From Promethearchaeota archaeon (GTDB lineage Archaea; Asgardarchaeota; Odinarchaeia; Odinarchaeales; JBHLKK01): DNA of 22,078 bases. Positions 16,307 to 22,078 of the stretch are shown here, piece by piece. The notes under the pieces were generated by a model. The model saw only the letters and a list, made by a program, of their open reading frames with translations, made no database searches and was not told the DNA's origin. Every line of letters starts with the position of its first letter. Position 1 is the first letter of the stretch. The stretch is from positions 1-22,078 of the forward strand of contig JBHLPL010000023.1 of NCBI GenBank assembly GCA_048939465.1, written 5' to 3'. A program made the position numbers and the translations under genes.

Positions 16307-17623
16307 TCACTTTTTCTTCTCTATCTTCCCTCCAACGACTGATTCTTCACCTCTAAGTCGTCTTACCACAATAACTGCAACAACCCCGACAATTGCAGCG
16401 ACACATACGCCTACTGCCACGAGGTGAATTGGGAATGTCCCCCCTCCCTCTGGAATTCCCTGCGGCGGGAAAGGTGATGTCGTAACATAACATATCTCCC
16501 CCCATAACGGTCCGTGTAATCTCATGTAGACTACGTGCAGATAACCAGAAGCATCCACAGTCAATGAGGGATATATTTCATGCCTGTCATCTTCGGTTAT
16601 CTCCACGGCGGTTCCAAAGGATCCGGTCGCATTGCTGACATGATAAATCTCGAAATCACCACCATCAAGCTTCGGATAAACGATATGTATATCATCTGCA
16701 GGTCCTACTGCTATGGAGGGGGAGTACACCTCTCCGTAATCTATGACCACTGGCGTGTCAAAAGAGCCTTCACTGTTGTTCACATATAAGATATCAAAGG
16801 ACGTGGGTGTACTCAGATTTCTTCCCTGAAATACCATATGTGCTATGCCGTTTGAGTCAACACAAATAGATGCTTTGGAATTCTCTTCATCTGGACTCTC
16901 TACTAGAGTCGAATTGGGGAAATAAGCATCATTGCTATTTGTGTAAAGAATATCAACCTTATTCATGCTAATGTTCCCATAATAGACTATGTGGACATAT
17001 TCAGACCCATCCACCGTCAGTGAGGGGAATGTCTCGTTTATGTAGCTATTGTTTGATATTTGTATGGGTGCTCCGAAGGATCCTCCGCTATTGTTTACAT
17101 AAAGAACTCTGGTATGGCCACCGGTAGCACTCTCGTATGCTATGTGGATATGACCGGAGGAATCAGCACCGATCGATGGAGAAAAATCCCTAACGTTATT
17201 GGCTGTTATGTTTATCGGCGTTGAAAAAGATCCTCCGATGTTGTTTGTATAGAAGATCTCATAATCATTTTCAGGACTCTCATCAGTCCCACAATATGCT
17301 ATATGAATATTGTTCGCCGTGTCTGCCACGATAACCGGAAATATGCCTGATGGGCCTACTTCTATGTTTTCTAGACTGCCAGAATCATTGTAAATATAGA
17401 AAACTCCCACTGCTAAATCAAAACAGACTATATGTACATTTCCTAACGAATCTACAGTAATTGACCTATCAGAAATTGCCAAACTGCTGGTATTTCCGCT
17501 GATTACTTTAATCTGTTCACTCCATTGAGCGGGTTGCTGAACAGATTCAGAAACACCAATTATTGAGAAGAATAGAATGAATAACAATCCAAGAACTAAT
17601 TTCCTTTTCCGGTTAAGCACCAT
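16307..17623 (-). CDS. Secreted, C-terminally membrane-anchored protein with seven ~50-aa repeats (predicted beta-propeller)
   Basis: N-terminal signal peptide. Seven repeats of PSxxVDxxGxxHIVY...IxYxNNSxGSFxxP. C-terminal TM helix followed by a basic tail. Many N-x-S/T sequons. Confidence 0.8.
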   Translation of the reverse strand: MVLNRKRKLVLGLLFILFFSIIGVSESVQQPAQWSEQIKVISGNTSSLAISDRSITVDSLGNVHIVCFDLAVGVFYIYNDSGSLENIEVGPSGIFPVIVADTANNIHIAYCGTDESPENDYEIFYTNNIGGSFSTPINITANNVRDFSPSIGADSSGHIHIAYESATGGHTRVLYVNNSGGSFGAPIQISNNSYINETFPSLTVDGSEYVHIVYYGNISMNKVDILYTNSNDAYFPNSTLVESPDEENSKASICVDSNGIAHMVFQGRNLSTPTSFDILYVNNSEGSFDTPVVIDYGEVYSPSIAVGPADDIHIVYPKLDGGDFEIYHVSNATGSFGTAVEITEDDRHEIYPSLTVDASGYLHVVYMRLHGPLWGEICYVTTSPFPPQGIPEGGGTFPIHLVAVGVCVAAIVGVVAVIVVRRLRGEESVVGGKIEKKK

Positions 17624-17749
17624 TCATGCTCTCCTCTCAATTGATCAAATCCACTTATCCGGAGATTCCAGTTTATGGGGATTCACCTATCAATACTCCA
17701 GTAATCAGTAAGAGGTAGATCATTCAACAAGCACGGAGCTTCGTCTCCA

Positions 17750-19195
17750 CTAGCTCTTCTTAGCCTCGGAAGCTTCCCGTCTCTCGGCTTTATCTATAAT
17801 GGCCTTGATATCTTTAACTATATCGCTATCGACGGGTTCGGGCTTGTGCTCCCTTAATATATTGGTGGCCTTCTCCCGAGCTCTTGTCAACAGGTCCTTA
17901 GAACCTTTCTTGGTCCAAGCAGCTACTGTATTTCTATCCATCAATGTGGGCAGCCAAAACTCTGTGTTAACAAACTTAAGTGTATGTTTGTGGCTGAGGA
18001 AATGACCTCCCGGCCCCACGTCTCTGACCACATCTGTCGCTAGTGTTTCATCATTGACTTCCATTCCCCTGGCGATTCTGTCGCACATGGCAGCAATTTC
18101 ATCATTGATCACAAGCATCTCAAGACTTCCAGTCATTGCAGATTCGATATATCCACAATCATGGACCAAGTTTGTGCCGCTTAATGTAGCCATTAACCCG
18201 CTCATGGTTGCCTCGGATATAGCTTGCCCGTCGACAACCTTGGAGTCCGTGACTCCACCAGTTCCAAAGAACGGGAGTTTATAAAACCGTGCGAGCTGTG
18301 CTCCTGCAGCATTTATGATTGCGAATTCTGGGGATCCGTATGATGCAATGGCTGTTCGCGGGTCAAAAATCATCGAAATATTCCCCCAGATATAGGGTGT
18401 TCCCTTTCTAACAAGTTCAGAAATCACCAACCCTGCCAGTATCTCGGCGTTTGATGCTGCCAGAGTTCCAGCCAAGGTAATGGGACCTGTAGATCCTGCA
18501 ACCATCAATGAACCATAAATTACTGGCAGTCCAGCTTTTGCGCATTCCACAACATTCTCGATGTAGATTTTGTCATGTTTCAAGGGAGCTGTCGGCTCAG
18601 AATACAGTGTTAGAAGAGGTTTCCTTCTGAGCTCTTCTTCTCCACCCATTATCAAAGAAGCTATTTTTATGGCATCTCTTGTGCTCTCAGGGCTGTAGGT
18701 GATTCCAACCATTGGTTTTTCAGAATTGAGTAATGTTTCGGAGATCTCATGAAGATCTTGGGCTCTTCCCTGATAGTCTAACGCACAACAGAACTGCTCA
18801 ACAAATTTCATATTTGGCAATCCATCTGCTAGCCTAGCTGCCTTTCCAATATAATCTTTCATAGCTGGTTTCCTGTCTCCTGCGATATCCATGAACTTCA
18901 CAGTAGTGGAACCCATTCCAAAGAAGACCCTGCCGTTTTCAAGCTTTATGTCATGCTTCGGCTCCCTTCCACATAACACAATCCGTTCCGGAGCTTTCTG
19001 TAATGCTTCTTTTACGAGGTATGAAGGTATTTTAACGATGTGATCTTTCTCGTCAACAATTGCTCCTGCATCCTTAAAGATTTTAATAGCTAAGTTGCTC
19101 CCAACAAACATACCAACTCGTTCCAATATCTCAAGAGTTGCTAGATGTATCTGGTATAGCTCGTCATCGTTGAGGATAGTTAATCTTGCTCGCAT
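17750..19195 (-). CDS. Trimethylamine methyltransferase (MttB) superfamily protein, non-pyrrolysine
   Basis: IH.ATLEILE..G, SPLxH-like TAPLKHD, GSTGPITLAG, D.QA..E, VGPGGHFL and FWLPTL.DR motifs. No in-frame TAG; GTGGVTDSK occupies the Pyl region. Confidence 0.9.
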   Translation of the reverse strand: MRARLTILNDDELYQIHLATLEILERVGMFVGSNLAIKIFKDAGAIVDEKDHIVKIPSYLVKEALQKAPERIVLCGREPKHDIKLENGRVFFGMGSTTVKFMDIAGDRKPAMKDYIGKAARLADGLPNMKFVEQFCCALDYQGRAQDLHEISETLLNSEKPMVGITYSPESTRDAIKIASLIMGGEEELRRKPLLTLYSEPTAPLKHDKIYIENVVECAKAGLPVIYGSLMVAGSTGPITLAGTLAASNAEILAGLVISELVRKGTPYIWGNISMIFDPRTAIASYGSPEFAIINAAGAQLARFYKLPFFGTGGVTDSKVVDGQAISEATMSGLMATLSGTNLVHDCGYIESAMTGSLEMLVINDEIAAMCDRIARGMEVNDETLATDVVRDVGPGGHFLSHKHTLKFVNTEFWLPTLMDRNTVAAWTKKGSKDLLTRAREKATNILREHKPEPVDSDIVKDIKAIIDKAERREASEAKKS

Positions 19196-19277
19196 ATTAC
19201 CACCTTCTTCTACTCTCTCCCTGCAGATGTATTTGATGATTCTGTGGGCGGGAAGCAGCTCCTTCAGTCACTCTGCC

Positions 19278-20216
19278 TCAATCTACTTCGTCTGGAAATA
19301 CTTCCTTGAGTCTCCATATGCCGAAGTCCGAAATCGTCTTTTCGGTTTCCACAGGATTATACCATTGTTTCTTAGTGCCAACTTTTGCTCGCATTTTCCA
19401 TCTGAATCCTTTTGGCTCATTTTCTACGAAATGTAATAACTTTGATCCTTTCGCAATAATATCCTCTCTCTCAGGCCCGGAAAGGTTCAGCAGGAACTCA
19501 AGCGGTTCCTGTTTGGACGCCCACTCCTCGGCGTTTTCAAGCAAATCTATGATTCTTTTAAGATTTGTTGTGGCTGTATAATAGAAGCCCCAGTCTTTGG
19601 CAAACAGCTTAGCAACATAATTGCCGTTCACTGTTTCCTTTTCTGATTCACCTATGTCATGGGCTCGTAACAGAAGCAAAACATCTTTGATATCTTTTAG
19701 ACCGAAGGCCTCCCACATCTGGAGTTTTTCCAACAGCAGATCAGCAACAGTTATCGTCGGAGAATCCAGTTCTAATCTTTTACGAAAGTTGATTGGGTGA
19801 TTTGCGACCCTTAGTTCATCAAAAAACACATCAGTGAACCACCACAGCTTGTGGTGGAAGTAGATGTCCCTCTTGGAGATTGCCGAAGATAGTGTCGTTT
19901 TCCTCTTCATATAGTTAAAATTCTCCTTAAAGAAATCCTTCAATTTCTTACGGTATTTGCCATAGGACATAAAGTCCAAGTCGCTGAACTCTTGTTCCTC
20001 CTTCCCAAGCCTGACCACTTTCTTGGCAAATTCTTCAAACTCCATACAATGGAGCCTTATAGCAACACCGCCAATAATCCTTACAACGATTCCCTTCTCA
20101 GCAGCCACTTCGACTATTCTTTTCGCCTCCTCCAGAAACTGCTCAGAAGGAATTATGCCTTTCCATTCGGGCGGCAGCTCCCTCTTTAAGGTTCCTCCCA
20201 TTAAATCTGCCTCCAA
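19278..20216 (-). CDS. Uncharacterised nucleotidyltransferase-superfamily-like protein
   Basis: RIIGGVAIRLH...SDLDF (hGG.A...DxD) and later D.FFD and KD..D segments. Specific family not recognised. Confidence 0.6.
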   Translation of the reverse strand: MEADLMGGTLKRELPPEWKGIIPSEQFLEEAKRIVEVAAEKGIVVRIIGGVAIRLHCMEFEEFAKKVVRLGKEEQEFSDLDFMSYGKYRKKLKDFFKENFNYMKRKTTLSSAISKRDIYFHHKLWWFTDVFFDELRVANHPINFRKRLELDSPTITVADLLLEKLQMWEAFGLKDIKDVLLLLRAHDIGESEKETVNGNYVAKLFAKDWGFYYTATTNLKRIIDLLENAEEWASKQEPLEFLLNLSGPEREDIIAKGSKLLHFVENEPKGFRWKMRAKVGTKKQWYNPVETEKTISDFGIWRLKEVFPDEVD

Positions 20217-20268
20217 ATGCTAGTCACTGGTTAGAATGATAAACTGACTAATTTCTTTTTTCCTCCTA

Positions 20269-20295
20269 TAGCTTCACAAAAAAAAGAGGAAAGGG
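20269..20295 (-). terminator. Oligo(U) terminator downstream of the permease
   Basis: A T8 tract (cctcttttttttg on the minus strand) starts about 20 nt after the permease stop codon. Confidence 0.45.
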
Positions 20296-20305
20296 AATTG
20301 AGTCT

Positions 20306-21988
20306 TTACTCTGCCGGTATTTCCCCGTATATCTTGTCAATATCGATACCTTGCTTTCTTCTGTATGATTTCATTATGTAGTAAAGGATCGCTGAACCAA
20401 CATAGCAACCTACAAGGAATAGCAGCGAATACAGATTTCGATAGCTGACTGCGTATAAGTTCCCAGGATCGACAAGCCACATGAACAGCAGGTAGAACAG
20501 GAAGCCGGCTGTTACCGTACTGATAACAGATATTAGTGGCAGTCCTCCTACCTTGTACTTCGCAATGGGTGAGGCCTTATACAGTTCCTTCTTTCTCCGT
20601 GGCAAGATTATTGCAGCTATCGCGGTGAAGAAGTACATGACTGCGATAGCCAAAACCGCATCCAAGAAGATTGCTGAGAAGCCCGGGAGATAAGAATACG
20701 GAATAGCCAATCCCAAAGAACCAACGGCCATTACGACAATAGTATTAACGGGAGCCCCAAACCTAGTTGAGACGTGTCCAATCCAGGCAGGAAGTGTTCT
20801 GTCGAATGCCATGGCGAACATACATCTCGTAGATGATAGGAACAGCGTTCCTGCCCATCCCCAGAACCAGAACGACATACTAATTATCAGCCAGATTGAG
20901 AAAATAACATTGTTGAAGTAAGCTGCGACCAGCATTGGCCTATATGGGAATACTGGCAAAGGTGATGCCGTTGGATCGTAGCCCAAATACCAGTTCCAGT
21001 ATACGAAATTGGATCCCTGGAAGAAATTGTAGCCAAACGTCATAAAGATACTGGTCAAAACAAGTATTGCACCAGCGCCACCAAGTATGTTGGCCCACAT
21101 CATCTGTTTCAAGTTTCTCTTGTACTCGCTAGCTCCTTTTACTTCCCCGTATAGTGTTGCACCCCAGTTAGGCCAGAGATTATAGAACGCAACCAGTGGA
21201 ATTATTGGAGCACCTGCAGCAAAATCGAACAGGTTATTTCCAAATGGTGTAAAGCTCGTCAGCCCATACCATGAGTCTAACGTTGCGTTGGCTATGTCAA
21301 TAGTATCTGCATACGCAGTCGGTGTTGGATAACCAAATGCTGTTGCGAGATTGTTGAATGTGGTCTCTGCAACACCAATGTTCATCATGTACATGCCCAC
21401 CAGAAATGTCAGCAGACCTGCCAGGCAAACGAAGAAGCTGATTTTCTGTATTCGTGCATACCATTTCATTCCTAAGGCAACAATAATGGAAACATATACA
21501 ACAGTAATTACTGTTCCAAGAAAGATGCCATGTGTCCCAGTCCACCAGACTGCCCCATCCAGTAAGGCAGTATTTCCTGTGTTGTATCCTACTGATCCGA
21601 GCAGTGGTGCAACTATTTGGGTTTGAACCATGTTTCCATAGATGGGTGCCCACAGCCACAAACATATAACCCATCCGTTTAACGAAGTCACGAAACCGGG
21701 CAATCCCCCAATTATTCTGGTCTGCCAAATGTAGTCTCCACCGGCTCGAGGCATAGCGGAGATTAGCATGGCGTAGGTGACTACTTCGAAGCCTATGAAG
21801 AAAGTGCTAACCCAAATCGCAAGTACTATGTTGCCTGTAGGCATATAACAGGCATAAGAGTATCCAAACAATCCAAGCGTTATGATGTTTACTGAGAAGA
21901 AAGCATATATGAAAGCATCAAAAGAAGACCAAGCTCTAACAAGTCCTGTAGCCTTTCTGAGGAAAAGTGTTTCCTCTTCTGTGCCCAT
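20306..21988 (-). CDS. APC-superfamily amino acid/amine permease
   Basis: About 12 TM helices; F.RKATGLVR, AMPRAGGDY, GEVK, SSTRCMFAMAFDRTLP motifs. Confidence 0.9.
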   Translation of the reverse strand: MGTEEETLFLRKATGLVRAWSSFDAFIYAFFSVNIITLGLFGYSYACYMPTGNIVLAIWVSTFFIGFEVVTYAMLISAMPRAGGDYIWQTRIIGGLPGFVTSLNGWVICLWLWAPIYGNMVQTQIVAPLLGSVGYNTGNTALLDGAVWWTGTHGIFLGTVITVVYVSIIVALGMKWYARIQKISFFVCLAGLLTFLVGMYMMNIGVAETTFNNLATAFGYPTPTAYADTIDIANATLDSWYGLTSFTPFGNNLFDFAAGAPIIPLVAFYNLWPNWGATLYGEVKGASEYKRNLKQMMWANILGGAGAILVLTSIFMTFGYNFFQGSNFVYWNWYLGYDPTASPLPVFPYRPMLVAAYFNNVIFSIWLIISMSFWFWGWAGTLFLSSTRCMFAMAFDRTLPAWIGHVSTRFGAPVNTIVVMAVGSLGLAIPYSYLPGFSAIFLDAVLAIAVMYFFTAIAAIILPRRKKELYKASPIAKYKVGGLPLISVISTVTAGFLFYLLFMWLVDPGNLYAVSYRNLYSLLFLVGCYVGSAILYYIMKSYRRKQGIDIDKIYGEIPAE

Positions 21989-22078
21989 TGATTTTCTCCC
22001 CCTAAAATCTTTGGTAGACCTTCTATGTGATTTGTCCTATATAAGATTTTGTTTAATAAATTTAATAAAATCATTGTT

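Noticed and set aside
1-22078. CRISPR arrays, transposases, integrases, inteins, in-frame Sec/Pyl recoding
   Set aside because: No regularly spaced direct repeats, no mobile-element ORFs, and no interrupted conserved proteins were seen.

Overview
Archaeal chromosomal window. The gene set (DUF1512, DnaG, stand-alone AtpD, the PAN-MBF1-Trm56-TFE-HD block, non-pyrrolysine MttB) suggests a TACK/Asgard-type lineage; this is inference only. Most of it is housekeeping: aconitase, CoaD, Taw2-like SAM transferase, LysA-family decarboxylase, TyrRS, Toprim/DnaG, AtpD, NAC, PUA, PAN, aMBF1, aTrm56, TFE and an HD protein. An accessory end carries a secreted 7-repeat beta-propeller, an MttB-family methyltransferase, an orphan nucleotidyltransferase-like protein and an APC permease. 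The key signal is in the ORF-free 2.0-2.5 kb interval on the minus strand. (1) A circularly PERMUTED 5S rRNA gene: the canonical 3' half comes first and is joined to the 5' half by a UUCG tetraloop. It is enclosed by a 12-bp stem plus a bulge-helix-bulge (BHB)-like motif whose predicted cuts, once ligated, rebuild the conserved 5S sequence CACGGA|AGUUAAG and give a 121-nt circle. (2) Directly downstream lies a tRNA-Trp(CCA) gene split by three introns (37/38, 46/47, 59/60). An unidentified structured-RNA candidate lies at about 4950-5240.
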